A stretch of 64,000 bases of DNA, taken from contig NC_083237.1 of assembly GCF_032191835.1 (NCBI RefSeq), positions 42,718,001-42,782,000 of the forward strand, in the 5' to 3' direction. A model generated the notes under the pieces. The model saw nothing but the letters and a program-made list of their open reading frames with translations, was not told where the DNA came from and did no database searches. Origin of the DNA: Heteronotia binoei. Taxonomy: Eukaryota. The first letter of the stretch is position 1, and the number at the start of each line of letters is the position of its first letter. Shown here in pieces: positions 1 to 12,524 of this stretch. The position numbers and the translations under genes are program-made.

Positions 1-51
1 AAAGTCCTTTTACTAACTAAGATGAAAACAAGAACCCCAAGACTGCCTTAC

Positions 52-60
52 CTTAGACAT
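52..60 (-). CDS. Candidate first coding exon (Met-Ser-Lys) of an unidentified gene continuing beyond the left edge
   Basis: Minus strand reads gagaagATGTCTAAG|gtaagg, a consensus donor. Upstream are a TATA-like TTTTTAAA (~193-200) and a CCAAT box (~248-254). No downstream exon is in the window. Confidence 0.3.
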
Positions 61-299
61 CTTCTCTTCTCCTAGCAGGTCAGGCAAGGCTGAGAGAGAG
101 CAGCAGCAGCTGAGGCCAAGGACCAGTGGAGCACAATCTCTCTCACACACCAACACAGCAGCAATTGAATGGAGTCCAGCCAGGCAGACTCCTTTAAAAA
201 GTTATCTGGCCCTACACAGAGCAGTTTCAAAAATACCACTGCTCTGTGATTGGCCAGAGAACACTATTTACTTGGATACCCAAGTAAACAAAAGAACAA

Positions 300-707
300 C
301 AATGTTGCTGATGGCTGGGGAATTAGCCCAGCCATCAGCTACACAACAGCTCTGCAAAGCATGCATTTGTAATGCATTTTGCAAATGCATGCTTTGGATT
401 GGCTGCTGGGGCTCCTCTCCCCCTCCCTCCCTGATCCCAGGGAAGCTATGGGAGAGGCGGGAAAAGGCTTTCAAAGGCAGGAAAGGAGGCAAGCAGCTTC
501 CCTGAGGCTGCAGAAGCTCCTTTCCCACCTTTTCCATGGAGTTCCGTATACTTCCAAATATCTATTCGGAAGTATACAGAGAGCCGTATACGGCTCCCCG
601 TATAATGGCTTCAAAATGGATTTGGAAGTATATAGTGCCGTATACTTCTGAATCAGGGGTGATTCGGGGGTTTCTTTGATTCGACTGAACCGAATGCACA
701 CCCCTAC
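300..707. mobile_element. Truncated MITE-like repeat with internal hairpins
   Basis: Inverted repeats at 307-319/327-339 and 355-369/382-396. The right end resembles a TIR (ccgaatgcacacccta); the left TIR was not found. Confidence 0.35.
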
Positions 708-885
708 CTGTGAGGTAGGTGGGGCTGAGAGAGCTTTTACAGCAGCTGCCCTTTCAAGGACAACTCCCACAAGAGCTATGGCTGACCCAAGGCCATTCCA
801 GCAATTGCAAGTGGAGGAGTGGGGAATCAAACCCAGTTCTCCCAGATAAGAGTCCACACACTTAACCACTACACCAAACTGACTT
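707..885 (-). mobile_element. Sauria-type tRNA-derived SINE
   Basis: Reverse complement begins agtttggtgtagtggttaagtgtgtggactcttatctgggagaactgggtttgattcccc (A/B-box head) and matches the copy at 12040. Confidence 0.75.
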
Positions 886-1737
886 TCAACTTAAGAAACT
901 GGCTCTTAACTTAAGCAACTGTTTGGGGTAGCATCATTTCCATGGTTCAGATGCAATATGATGCAGACACCTGGATTTCTTAAAAACTGTGAAGGGTGCA
1001 CAGGCACAATTAGCAGATCCTATGCAGCCATGCACAAACTTAGACACATCAGGAACTCTGGGGCTGCAATCGAAAATTTCATGATCTAAGGCTATCTCAG
1101 TGAGTTTGTGAGGGTGCATCCCAAGGATTCTAATTCTGGTTGAGCCCTTGTAGTACTCCAATGACTTCTGCTGAGATTGCTAGGGCCCTTCCATACTATT
1201 TAGAGAGATGTTTCCAGAGCTGATTTCCTTCCACAGCTTGAACAATGCTGCACAGGTAATGGTAAGCCTGGCCCTGCTGGATTCTAGTTCCCTTGCAAGC
1301 TGTATTAAGTGGTACACAAAAATTGCTAAGCACATTCAGCCCTAAAAAAATTAATTTGGGAATAAAGAGAAACATCATACTGTAGACAGAAGATTGACTG
1401 ATGCATATGTGTTATGGCATTAAAATATCACCTGGGTATAAATACAGGACTGGAAGCTGCACCATAACCTCTGTATTGACAAAAGAAGTCTCAGAGAGCA
1501 GAAGCAAGAGGAGAGAAACACTTACTGGAAAATGATATTTGGGGGCAGAGAAGGGAGAGATAGTGGCAAGTGTGTTCTTTTTAATGTAGTAGCAGTTGCT
1601 GTGTTAGGAGCTCATTGAGTTGTGTTCAATTTACTGTAGTCTCAAATACAAAATCTCCATCAGGGGTCTAAAGAACATCTAAATTAGGAGCATGTAACAT
1701 TAACAAAGTCTGAAAGATCAGATGAAGTCAGTGTGCT

Positions 1738-1890
1738 GTAGTAATTTGTGTGTCACATTAGGATCTGGGAGACTCAGGTTCAAATCCCTACTCTGTCCTG
1801 GAAGACTGCCTAGATGACTTTCAGCCAGTCATACACTTTCAACCGAATCTACTTCACAACATTGTTATGAAGATAAAATGAAGAAGAAAT
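1738..1890 (+). mobile_element. Degenerate Sauria-type SINE
   Basis: gtgtgctgtagt...ggttcaaatccctactct...ctacttcacaacattgttatgaagataaaatg resembles the other copies. Confidence 0.5.
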
Positions 1891-2034
1891 GGAAATACTT
1901 TCAAGGACAGAGCCTGTACTGCTTCATTGTAAAACACTCATTCTTTTTACTAGGAACTTCCATTCTCTTGTCTAGATCAAACATCTGCTCTCCTGTTACC
2001 TGTAATTTGGAGAATTAGACACATTTTTATAGAT

Positions 2035-2200
2035 ATGTTAAGAAGAGCCTTGCTGGCTCAGACAGTGGTCCATCTAGTCTAGCATCCTGTTTCACACAGT
2101 GGCCAACCAGTTCCTTGGCTAGTCCAACAACAAGACATAAAAACCAAGGTATTCCCCTGATGTTGACTTCTGGCACCAGTATTCAGAGGATGGCTGCCTC
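2035..2200 (+). mobile_element. CR1-type LINE 3' fragment
   Basis: aagaagagccttgctggctcagac...ggtccatctagtctagcatcctg; a related piece occurs at ~14675-14950. Confidence 0.5.
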
Positions 2201-2998
2201 TAATAAACTTCCAGGACTGACTTCAAGGCTTAAAATATCACTATATATATGGTACCCCACTGAGCTTTAGCATCTAACCTCAGCTAACAAACTAAATATT
2301 GAAAAGAATGTGCATGTTTGCCCCTTAGGACAAATTTAAAAACATCAGGATTGTAGTACCTGTTATTAGGTTCTGGAAAATGGTATTTTTGTCTTGTGCT
2401 TTTCACTCTGATGAATATTAATTGATAGTAAAACAAAGGGTGGTAGATTCCCACCAGGTTTTCTGCTCAATCCTGCCCAGCCCTCCTCATTCCTAGTGAT
2501 CCTATTCTAGATGGCATGTGTTCATACAAGTTCCATAATCCTTCATATAGTTTTTTGGGGTTGTCAGAGAGGTCCTACATCCTTTTTCTTCCAGCAGAAA
2601 AGCTGGTTGGATTCCCCCCCACTGAGTCCCCATCCTCCAGATAGTGACTGGAGATCTCTTTAGATTACAATTGACCTTCAGGTAACAGAGATCAGTTCAC
2701 CTGGAGAAACTGGGTGCCTTAGAAGGTAGACTCCATGGCATTATCACCTTTGAAGCCCCCCCCCTTTTAAAACATGCCCTCCTCAAGCTCCATCCCCCAA
2801 ATATCCAGGTATTTCACAACCTAGAGCTTGCAACCCTCCCCTCAGAAATAAAGAGGATGTAAAGAGTAATAAGGGCTGAATGTGAATTATCCAAATAATC
2901 AGTGTCATGTTTTTCATACTCCCATAAAACCCCATTCGTAAGAGAATAAAAATTCTGGACTTAACGTTCTACAGGCAGTAATGCATTTATACATAAAT

Positions 2999-3946
2999 TT
3001 ATGCTGTTGCCATACATTTATTGAAAACCCTCATTCTGGCTTCAATTACCTCTTTGTTCCTCAGACTATATATGAGAGGATTGACCAAGGGTGTCAAGAC
3101 AGTGTAGAAGACAGAGAACACCTTATTCAGAGCACTCAGTGTGTTATTCTTGGGAAGCATGTAGACTACCATTACAGTACCATAGAAAATGGTCACAACA
3201 GTGAGGTGAGAAGAGCAGGTGGAAAAGGCCTTCTGCCTGCCAGTGGTGGATGGAATTCTCAGGATGGTGACTACAATACATACGTAGGAAATGAGGGTCA
3301 GCAGGAAGGGAGGCAAAGTAAACACTGCAGCCAGGATGCTGGTGACCACTTCAGTCATTTGGGTATCACTGCAGGACAGTTTCACCATAGGGGTGAAATC
3401 ACAAAAGAAATGATCAATCTCATTGGGGCCACAGAAAAATAGCTGGGAAATAAAATAAATAACTATATTGTTAGCAAGGAAGCCACTGAACCAGGAACCA
3501 GCAGCTAGCTGTAGACAAATACGGCAGTCCATAAGATTTCCATAATGCAAGGGTCTACATACCGCTAAGTACCGGTCGTATGACATTGCAGTTAAAAGGT
3601 AACATTCTGTCCCCAATAAGAAACCGAAAAAATAGTACTGAACAATGCATTCATTCACAGAAATGGTTTTTCCACCTGCAAAGAAAGTCGCTAACATTCT
3701 GGGGAGGATGGTTGAGCTGTAGAAGAATTCCAAACAGGAGAGGTTCCCCAGGAAAAAATACATGGGGGTGTGAAGGTGCCGATCAGTTATAACAAGGGTG
3801 ATGATGAAGAGATTTCCGACAATGGTTATAATATAGATTGCCAAGAATAAGAGGAAGAGAACTATTTGTGTTTCAGGCTGATCTCCAAATCCCAAGAGCA
3901 GAAATTCCTGGATGACTGTTTGGTTTTCCGTTCCTTTCTTGGCCAT
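2999..3946 (-). CDS. Olfactory receptor, class II (family 11/6-like), intact, 315 aa
   Basis: Motifs GN (TM1), LHTPMYFFLGNLS, MSYDRYLAVCRPLHY, KAFSTCSSHL and PLVNPLIYSLRN, plus an N-terminal NQT sequon. A splice acceptor (ttcacttctattag) lies just upstream of the ATG. Confidence 0.96.
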   Translation of the reverse strand: MAKKGTENQTVIQEFLLLGFGDQPETQIVLFLLFLAIYIITIVGNLFIITLVITDRHLHTPMYFFLGNLSCLEFFYSSTILPRMLATFFAGGKTISVNECIVQYYFFGFLLGTECYLLTAMSYDRYLAVCRPLHYGNLMDCRICLQLAAGSWFSGFLANNIVIYFISQLFFCGPNEIDHFFCDFTPMVKLSCSDTQMTEVVTSILAAVFTLPPFLLTLISYVCIVVTILRIPSTTGRQKAFSTCSSHLTVVTIFYGTVMVVYMLPKNNTLSALNKVFSVFYTVLTPLVNPLIYSLRNKEVIEARMRVFNKCMATA

Positions 3947-4914
3947 AGTTTCTAATACATCTAATAGAAGTGAAACAAACTGTCAAAAGATAAGATCAAA
4001 CACTTTTCAGTCCTAAGCATCTCAGGGTAAAACCAAGCTTAAATTAGGGGGAGGAACAAGTTTCAAAATGACTTCCTGGACACTGCTAAAAGCTTTTCAT
4101 CTTTGGAGTCAAGCTCGGGGGTGGGATGTGGGGTTCCAGACTGATAGTCCATTAGTCCATCATCCTCATACATACTGTGGCCAGTCAGATGGCCCCAAAG
4201 ACCTATGAGTAAGTCAAGAAGGACAAAAATCTCTCCCTGTTGATGTCCCCACACCAGTATTCCAAGGGTTACTACTTCCAAAAATAAGGGCTAGATTCCA
4301 ATAGCACCAATAAGATTTTGAGAATATAAGTTTTTGAGAGACAAACACCCTCCCACCTTCTGACTGGGATATGTCAGCCAATATGGATACCCTCTGAAAC
4401 TAGTTCTGAACATGAGGGCTCCATTTAGTCATTGTGGTAAATCTCTGATGATGTATCTGTCATTCATAATTTACTGTTTTTCACTGTCTTGTCACTACGT
4501 TGCTGTAAATATGCTGTAATTTTAGGCATGTTTGCTACAGAAGAGTGGAACCACTTTGGGATCTACATCTTGGAATAAAACTTCTGTTCAGTTTATGTTT
4601 TCTTCATAATAACGGAAGAAATAAATATGAATGTAGTGCCTGTGGTTAAAAGGCAGGCAAGTCACAAAAGAAGGAAATAGAACAACTAATAATGAACCAG
4701 TGTTTGATTTGTTGATCTGTGTTTCTGTCACTCAAATCATGAAGACAAAAGGAAGCTTTGATCATCCAGCAGGTGAAAATCTAACACTTCTCTTTGTATG
4801 TTGCATCTTTCTTTACCATATTTTGTATCCCTTCAGAGGAACAAGTGTTGATTCATAGCAGATAAAGATCTGGGCTGTTAATTTTTATCTATTGATCTGA
4901 ATTATTTCTTTAGA

Positions 4915-5133
4915 GAGTTACACCTCGCTTTTCTTCCCAACAAAGACCCCAAATGGCTTACAACATCATCCATTGTATCCTAACATCAGCATCCATGCTA
5001 TGGGGTAGGTGCAGCTGAGAGAGAGTGACTGGTTCAAGGCCACCCAATGAGCTTCCACAGCAAACTGGAAGATTTGAACCTGGGTATCCCAAATCTTAGT
5101 CCAACCCTCCAACAACTACACCACACTGGCTCT
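4915..5133 (-). mobile_element. Sauria-type SINE
   Basis: Head (reverse complement gagccagtgtggtgtagttgttgg) and body match the other copies. Confidence 0.65.
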
Positions 5134-5828
5134 CAAACAGTCATAAAACAACATCTTCGCAGTGCTATAGTATCTGATCATTGCCAAAGACCAGTTAATT
5201 CAAAAATGCTGTTAAGCAATCTTGAAAAGATCTTTTGCTCACCCAATTCTTATGTGCTTCCCTCTTTCTGATAATTAGTAATGGTACTCTCTTGATGCAT
5301 AGAACAGTTACCATCCAAAGACAACCAGTTACACATTTGTAAATTCCCTTCCCTATCCACATCTTTGACCATGTACTCAACTGCCGGGATCCTTATATTT
5401 GTGTACAAAGATTCTCTCTCCTGATACTATCAGTCTGATTGCTGATGTCTGGGGAGTTAGTGTCTCCATTTCACCTTCGATAATAATTGCTTGTTGGGTT
5501 AGCTGTTTCCTTGTGCAGCATGAACAAAGTCCACTGGTAAAAGTTTTTGTGGGAAAACATTGATTGTCAGCCTGGCTGGGGGAATTGTTAATGAGAATGT
5601 ATAGTAGCAAAATATAGTTTGCAAAGGTAGAAGAGCATGTTTAGGCAGTGTGTCTAGTGATGATACAGTAATAAGCATAATATTCTGGCAATGACTAATA
5701 GGTGCTTATGACTCAGAGCTCTACCTGTGCCACATCTATGAAAGATGGTACTCATTGTAAAATGAAGAAGCATTATCCTATTAATCTCACAAGCAATAAT
5801 GAAGGGTGTAATAAAAGCAAAGTATAGT

Positions 5829-6017
5829 CAGGACTTTTTTTAAGCAGGAACGCAGTTCCGGCTGACTTGGCATCAGGGGGTTTGGCCTAATATCCAAATT
5901 AGTTTCTGCTGGGATTTTTCCACACAAAAGCCCTGTGTGAAACAGTGGTGACATCAGGGGGTGTGGCTTAATATACAAATGAGTTCCTGCTGTGCTTTTT
6001 CTACCAAAAAAGTCCTG
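5829..6017. mobile_element. hAT-like MITE, CAGGGCTTTTT family
   Basis: TIRs caggacttttt...aaaaagtcctg; internal sequence shared with 7687, 39877, 52728 and 55449. Confidence 0.7.
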
Positions 6018-7494
6018 ATCATGTGTTCTATAAAGACCCAAGAAAGGATGACAACTGTAACATTTTAAATTGAATTTGTAATCTGTTTATTGGATATTAG
6101 AATACTAAGCACATAGATCAATGAATATTCAGCATGTAATTATTATCACACTGTGCATTACATTACATACTAATGATGAATGTAACTTCAGTTTATTTTA
6201 GAACAATTATGTGTCATATAGGCAAATGTCAAAATAATCTAATGAAGAATTATAATAGTTTGCACTAAACTACACTGATCAAAATTATTGCATGTGGTTT
6301 TTGGGGAGTCAACAAAGGACCTCTTAAGCTTCTCCATTTGCAAATTTAGATTATGTCAAAATATAATTCCAGGATTCTTCCTTTTGTTTGGTGCAAATTC
6401 CTTCTGCATATTTCAAGTCAGGGGGTTCTAAATTTCTTACCTGAATCAGTTTGAAGACAACTCATAATAAATTGTGCAAAGCATGTAAAGCAGGTGTGCT
6501 GTGCTAGTAATTTTCTTCACAGAAAATGGACTCTTCCAAGGATAGAAAATTGAATGGTCAGTTAATGTCACATAAGCATATTTTCAGATGCCCACACACA
6601 CGGGGAAAGGAGGAAGAGACAAGGGTGGAGAAGTGACTGAAAGAGGGTTCCTGTATATTTGTGTGTGTGATATAAGTGCTGCTCCTCTGCCCATGTGAAG
6701 AAGCAGTGCACGTGTACTTGTGAGAGCTACTGTCATGAATGATCACATGTGACTAGGAGAGTTGTAGTCAGTGGTGTGGCTTACTTCCTCGAGCAATCTG
6801 CTCTGTAAGTATATGCATTTAGAATTCTGCCAGGTATATATCTGATATGCAGTCTTGTATTAACTGCAGTGGAGTACATTTTAGGTATATTGTAGACCAC
6901 CTTACCATAACTTTACTCCTCACCCTGCAGGAGCAATCTGAGGATAACAAAAAAGGGATATCCTGCTTACCTAGTATACTATTGGAAGCATCTGAAAAAC
7001 TGGAAAGATAACAATAAAAATGGGCATAATAGCCTTTTTTTAGGCATTATATTTCAGGCATTCATGCAAAATTAGATCAGGTGCTACCTGCAGTCTTCTA
7101 AGGTGTGGTTACCATTTAATCTGAATCAAGTGCTGTGCATTATGAATAGTACAAACTGGTAACCACAGGATCACAAGTAGCACAAGCTCCAGGTTTGTAC
7201 AACTGGATACCCCAAAACATGATGTCAGAAAAAAGCTATTGTGTCTACGATAACAATGAAAATCCTATACTTCTCAGAATTAATGTATTTGGAATGCTTT
7301 TCATATCTGTATAGTGCAGTTCAAAAACTATCTAATATGAAGATGAGAAAGGTCTGAAATGTACCTCCAGCTATGTGATATAAAGTTAAAAACCATCTGT
7401 AAAATAATTATGGTGTGATATATAATTATAGTTCTGCTATTACAGTGAAAACACCTTGGGAAATCCAGTTGTAATGATCCAGTTTTGCTCCATC

Positions 7495-7537
7495 CTAGCG
7501 TGGCATGGTGGGTTTTCCATTGGTTCCATTCAAAGGC
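7495..7537 (-). CDS. CD8A: CD8 alpha, last coding exon ((R)PLNGTNGKPTMPR*)
   Basis: Acceptor tctcccctttttttag|G CCT. Phase 2 matches the preceding exon and completes CQCKRP. TAG stop at 7495-7497. Confidence 0.8.
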
Positions 7538-7686
7538 CTAAAAAAAGGGGAGATAAGATTAAGGCACAGTGCAGACATAAATTAGTCAGGCCAATAATGA
7601 TAGGAATTCCTAGAGAAGTCACCCTGCCACATTTTTGGAGGGGCATTGCTCTTTAATGTCCCCTGTAGTTATAGATCTATCCATAC

Positions 7687-7885
7687 CAGGGCTTTTTGTG
7701 TAGAAAAAGCCCAGCAGGAACTCATTTACGTATTAGGCCACACCTCCTGACATCACCATTGTTTCACACAGGGGTTTTTTGTAGAAAAAGCCCAGCAGGA
7801 ATTCATTTGTATATTAGGCCACACCCCCTGGTGCCAAGCCAGCTAGAACTGCATTCCTGTGCATTCCTGCTCAAAAAAGGCCTTG
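7687..7885. mobile_element. hAT-like MITE, CAGGGCTTTTT family, in the last intron of CD8A
   Basis: TIRs present; 8-bp TSD atccatac/atccttcc (6/8 match). Confidence 0.75.
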
Positions 7886-8877
7886 ATCCTTCCCCCTTTT
7901 CAGAACCTGCTCTCACTTTATTGGAAACAGCCTGGAAGCAATATAAAGGTTCAAAAAGCACAGCCCCACAAGGCTGTTCTAGAAACAGTGTCTTCCCTGA
8001 CAGGTGGAAGCAGGAGTAGGAGAAAATTAAGATTGAAATATGTTAGAAGGACTGAGGAATGGGATGGATTTCTCTATCCTTCCACTGCTGCCAGACCTTT
8101 AACCTCTCTTTCTGTCTCTCTCTTCACACACAAAGTCAGAAGTTCATGGGACATCATGGTGAGAGGGAACAGTTTAGAAATCCTCTCCCCCAGATTATCC
8201 CTTCCTACATAAACCAATGAGCTTTCAGCAGGCTTTCATCTCTCACACATAATTCTTTTTTCTTTACCTAAGTTGTGGCTATACTCAACATACTCAACCT
8301 TGCCTCCTGGAGTGTGTTCAGTCCTCAGTTGTGCATTTTGGGGTCTTTTTATCCCCAGTTTCTTTTGCTTAATCAATGAAGTCAATTTTTTCTCATACTT
8401 GGTGTAGGTAGAGGCCCCCTCACCTTGCTTGTTGGTAGCTCCACTGTTGCTATCACAGGGGCCAGACAGTTTGCTGCTAGATGTAGGGACAGAGATCTTC
8501 CTCCCTCACACATACATTGGCTCAAGATTGTGTGTCACACTCCAGTGTGATTAAAAATGGAAATCAGAGTAAGTCTATGTGGATGGAAATGGCTGTTTTT
8601 AAGAAGTCTGGGGGAGTCTGAAAGTGTCAAAATACAATCTGGTTGCCTCATTTATCAAATACTTTTGATCTATTCTTATTGAGGCTCTGTAGATCCAGCA
8701 TTTGTTTGGTGGAGTGGCTATCTTTTATCCACAGGTCATTGAACATCTGTTTATGTATTTGAGGTCACACATTAAACAGATTTAAACTCATTGAAGCCCA
8801 CAGATTTAGATGGTTTAAGTATAATTCTGTTATGCTGGGACTCTCAGCTGTAAAATGCTTTTAAAGTGGCAGAATCT

Positions 8878-9085
8878 GGAGTAGTAGTTATAATGCCAGA
8901 CTAGGTTCTGGGAGACCCAGGTTTGAATCCCTGCTCTGCCATGGAAGCTCACTGAGGAAATTTGACCCAGGTTCTTTCTCTCAACATGACGTACCTCAGA
9001 GGATTGTTGTGAGTATAAAATGGAGGAAGGGAGAATGATGTTATATACTGCTTTGGGTCCCAAGTGGGTAGAAAAGTGAGATATA
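8878..9085 (+). mobile_element. Sauria-type SINE
   Basis: gtagtagttataatgccagactaggttctgggagacccaggtttgaatccc head plus typical body. Confidence 0.6.
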
Positions 9086-10567
9086 TATAATAAGGGGCAG
9101 GGCTCTTTTTTGAGCATGGGCAAAAGCTGCATGGGCTTTTGACCAGGGCTTCAGCTCAAAAAAAGGTCTCCGGCAGAGGGAAAGCACTAGGCAACCACGT
9201 GTTCCCAGACTATGAGCTCCATTCTCTCTGCCTCCTCAAGCCTCCAACAGGCTTGCAAAGAGAATGAGAGACATGGAGCTGCCCATGAGTGGCCCCTCCC
9301 CAGGAGAAGTTGGGCCTGCTACTGCCCACTCCACCTCACATGGCTCTCTCTCTAGCTGTGTTGGGAGGGGGGCAAAACAAGATCTCTCATTAGGCTGTGT
9401 GAGAACACACATCCATGAACTGAAGCAGACAGCACTTTATTGTTCTGTGTCAATATGAGGAAAGTAACTTACTGAATGGGTGACATCACTTCTGGTGATG
9501 TCAGGGGGCATGGCCAAATATGCAAATGAATTCCCGCTAGACTTTTTTTTAAAAAAAATAAAAGCCCTGATGAGGGAGTAATTGTTATTTGTTCAGTTCA
9601 GTGGGAGATATAGTCAAAAAGTTCTTTTGCTTCTTTCGACTGGAGATGCCAAGGATCGAACCTGAGACCTTCTGCATGCCAAAATGTTCTGCCATTGAGC
9701 CACAACCACTGGGGATACCAAACTGAGCAGACAGAGGTCCAATCACTTCCACAGTCCAGTACACTCCAATACTGGCATGGCTGTCATTAACTATGAAATA
9801 CAGGCTGTCATTAACAAAGACTACTTGGAAGAGTCTCAGAAGCCATTTTTCCCCCAAGAGTAAATATACCTTGTACAATGTACATGATTATCATCTGATG
9901 TATTATAGTGCCATCCTAAATAGATTTAGTCTCTTGTAAGTCGATGGAAGCCAATGAGCTAAGAAGGTTGTAACTCTGTTGAAGATGAGGACTATTAACT
10001 ACTCTGGTAATACAGATCCCCGTTCTTCTGATATAACATTCTATGGCTGAGATCACACACGCTAAGTAGTGCACTTTTAATTCCATCAGCTGGCCTTCCT
10101 TGTTGTGACATCATGCTTTGCAGCCTTGTTGTGACATCATGTTTCACTATGGTGCTATCTTATTTATTATTACCATCATTTCTTCTTGGGTGAAAAATTA
10201 TTTTATTCTGTAAAGTGTGCCCTTCCTGTTATTTTGTTCTTGGTTTGCTAATTTTATTGTATTGTTTTTAAATTTAAATTGTAAGTTTTTATTGTTGTTC
10301 AGTTTATGTTGTGATCTGCCCTGAGCCTGTTATGGGAAAGGGCGGAATATAAACCTACTAAATAAATAAATAAATACTCTCAGAGAAGTCACTGAGCAGC
10401 AACAGTGACAGAAGACACCACATGGGAAATTTACAGTCCAATCTTCAACAGAATTGCCCCATTCAAACCCATTAACTGCGGTGGGTTTAGACGGTTGTTG
10501 CTCTGTTTAGGGCTGCACTGTAAATCAGTGGTATTGTATTCGATGAAATTCAGCCTTTAATATTCAC

Positions 10568-10604
10568 CTTTTACATTGGCATCTTCTTCTCCTCCTCCTT
10601 GGAT
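10568..10604 (-). CDS. CD8A: CD8 alpha cytoplasmic exon ((D)PRRRRRRCQCK) with CxC Lck-binding motif
   Basis: 37-nt exon, ttgaag|ATCC...AAAAG|gtgaat, phase 1 to 2. A basic stretch plus CxC is the CD8A/Lck zinc-clasp signature. Confidence 0.9.
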
Positions 10605-10780
10605 CTTCAATTAAAATTTGGGGAAAGAAAATAGCAAATCACTTTATTAATACACATGTCATTATAATGAGAGATACCTATGTAAATATAACCTTTAAGT
10701 TTGTAAATATATTATGAATTCCTTCACAAGCTCCACTTCCTCCCCAGCCCTCTTCCAGGGTTGAAAGGAAGTTGACTTAC

Positions 10781-10891
10781 CACAGCACACTGTAAAGGTG
10801 ATCACCAAGGTTATGAAGAGAAGGAAGCAGCCACTAGACAAAGGAATCCAGATGTATGGATCACAGGGGAGCATCAGACCATCATATGGAT
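10781..10891 (-). CDS. CD8A: CD8 alpha transmembrane exon ((D)PYDGLMLPCDPYIWIPLSSGCFLLFITLVITFTVCC)
   Basis: 111-nt phase 1-1 exon (ttcatag|...|gtaagt). CDxYIWxPLxxxC is the CD8A transmembrane motif. Confidence 0.93.
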
Positions 10892-12039
10892 CTATGAAGG
10901 CATGAAGAAAGCACACTGAATATGAAGCCTGAACATATTTATTTAGGATTTTCTCCCCTTTCTCACCTTAGCTAGACTTTCTCCATTTAGAACCACAATA
11001 GGACAACAAACAATATCTAAAAACTGATTTACAATAATCTCAAAAATCAGCATTCAGAACCATATGTAACTGTTAGCCCTTGTAAGCAAATATGTTTTGC
11101 GTCATTTTCTCAAAGTGTAAAGAATGGTCATAACCCCAACCAATTCAAGGAGCCCATTCATGGGTGTAGATGCCACTGCCAAAAGACAAACTAAGTATGG
11201 AGTGGTGGCACTTTCAACCTGCTTGCTAGTTAGTAAGAAGTAATCAAGAAGTAATTTTTCTCAGGATTCAAGAGGTCACGGGAGGTTAGATCCAGGCACC
11301 TTTGTCAATTTCCCTCTTTATTACATTCCTTTTTCCATGCAGCTTTTGCTCATGCAAGACTCAGAAGACCAAGCAAAGGAAACAACTCTTACTCTCTTAT
11401 GATACAAAAAGATGATTTTCCTATTGCATTCCCCATTCTTAATGTTATTTTGTGTTCCACTATCATAGAACTTAACCCTTGTATGCAACATTTGGAACAA
11501 AAAAGCACAAATGTCACTTCTTGGATGTCAAAGTAGGAGTGGTCAGAGACATCTCAATTTTTGCATTCCTTGAGTTGGACATCATGAAGATTTCCATATG
11601 CACAACCATCTTTGGGCAAGCGGAAGTGATAACATTACTCACTTTCTGTATGCACCAAGCGAAAGTGATGTGTCCCTGGTATATTTTCCATTTGCACAAG
11701 ACAGAGCTTAACATATTTCTACAGATACAGTTTCAATACTCAATGAAATAAAATTAAGCATTTTGCATTTTATTGTTTCATATGCACATAAATTAATTTT
11801 ATTAAAAACTAATTATACCATTGTATTTAGTAACAGGAAGTTCTGATCAGCATCCCAATCTGAACTGGCTTCACCATGCACTCACCCCATGGTTGATTGT
11901 TCATACTATTGCTGCAATTCAACCATGGAGCAGCCATGCAGGTGGCATCTTTTTTTTGTTTGTCTTTTATACATGCAGATAAGCATGTAACAGAAACACT
12001 GGGTCCTTTCTGACAGCTCCACAATACCTCCACAAGTAC

Positions 12040-12310
12040 AGTTTGGTGTAGTGGTTAAGTGCGTGGACTCTTATCTGGGAGAACCAGTTTTGATCCCCCA
12101 CTCCTCCACTTGCAGCTGCTGGAATGGCCTTGCTCAGCCATAGCTCTTGTAGTTGTCCTTGAAAGGGCAGCTGCTGTAAGAGCTCTCTCAGCCCCGCCCA
12201 CCTCACAGGGTGTCTGTTGTGGGGAAAGGTAAGCTAAAGGAGATTGTGACCATTCTGAGACTCTGAGATTCAGAGTATAATGCAGGATATTTTCTTCTTC
12301 TACTACTACT
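12040..12310 (+). mobile_element. Sauria-type tRNA-derived SINE, near full length
   Basis: A-box tggtgtagtgg, B-box-like ttttgatccc, conserved body and a simple-repeat tail. Confidence 0.75.
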
Positions 12311-12524
12311 GTGGCCCCTTCCAGCCTCATTGACTGTGCCTCTCTTCCTTGGTGTACATGAGGGAGAACATATAAGTATCATGCAGGCTTACAGGAGAGT
12401 AGTCCCAATGACATATAGGGTTGCCAAGTCCCCTGCTTTCTGGAGTGGGGGACTTCCTTGTGCATGAAGCACGTGCACAGTGTGATGACATCACCCAGAA
12501 GTGATGTCATCAAATGGAAGCACT

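Noticed and set aside
8424-8490. Exon-like minus-strand segment (SKLSGPCDSNSGATNKQ) in the last intron of CD8A
   Set aside because: No recognisable homology. It ends in phase 1, which is incompatible with the phase-2 terminal exon.
9200-9260. Strong minus-strand acceptor (tctctcattctctttgcaag) as candidate CD8A last exon
   Set aside because: In the required phase 2 it gives only SLLEA*. The exon at 7495-7537 restores CKRP..NGKP and fits much better.
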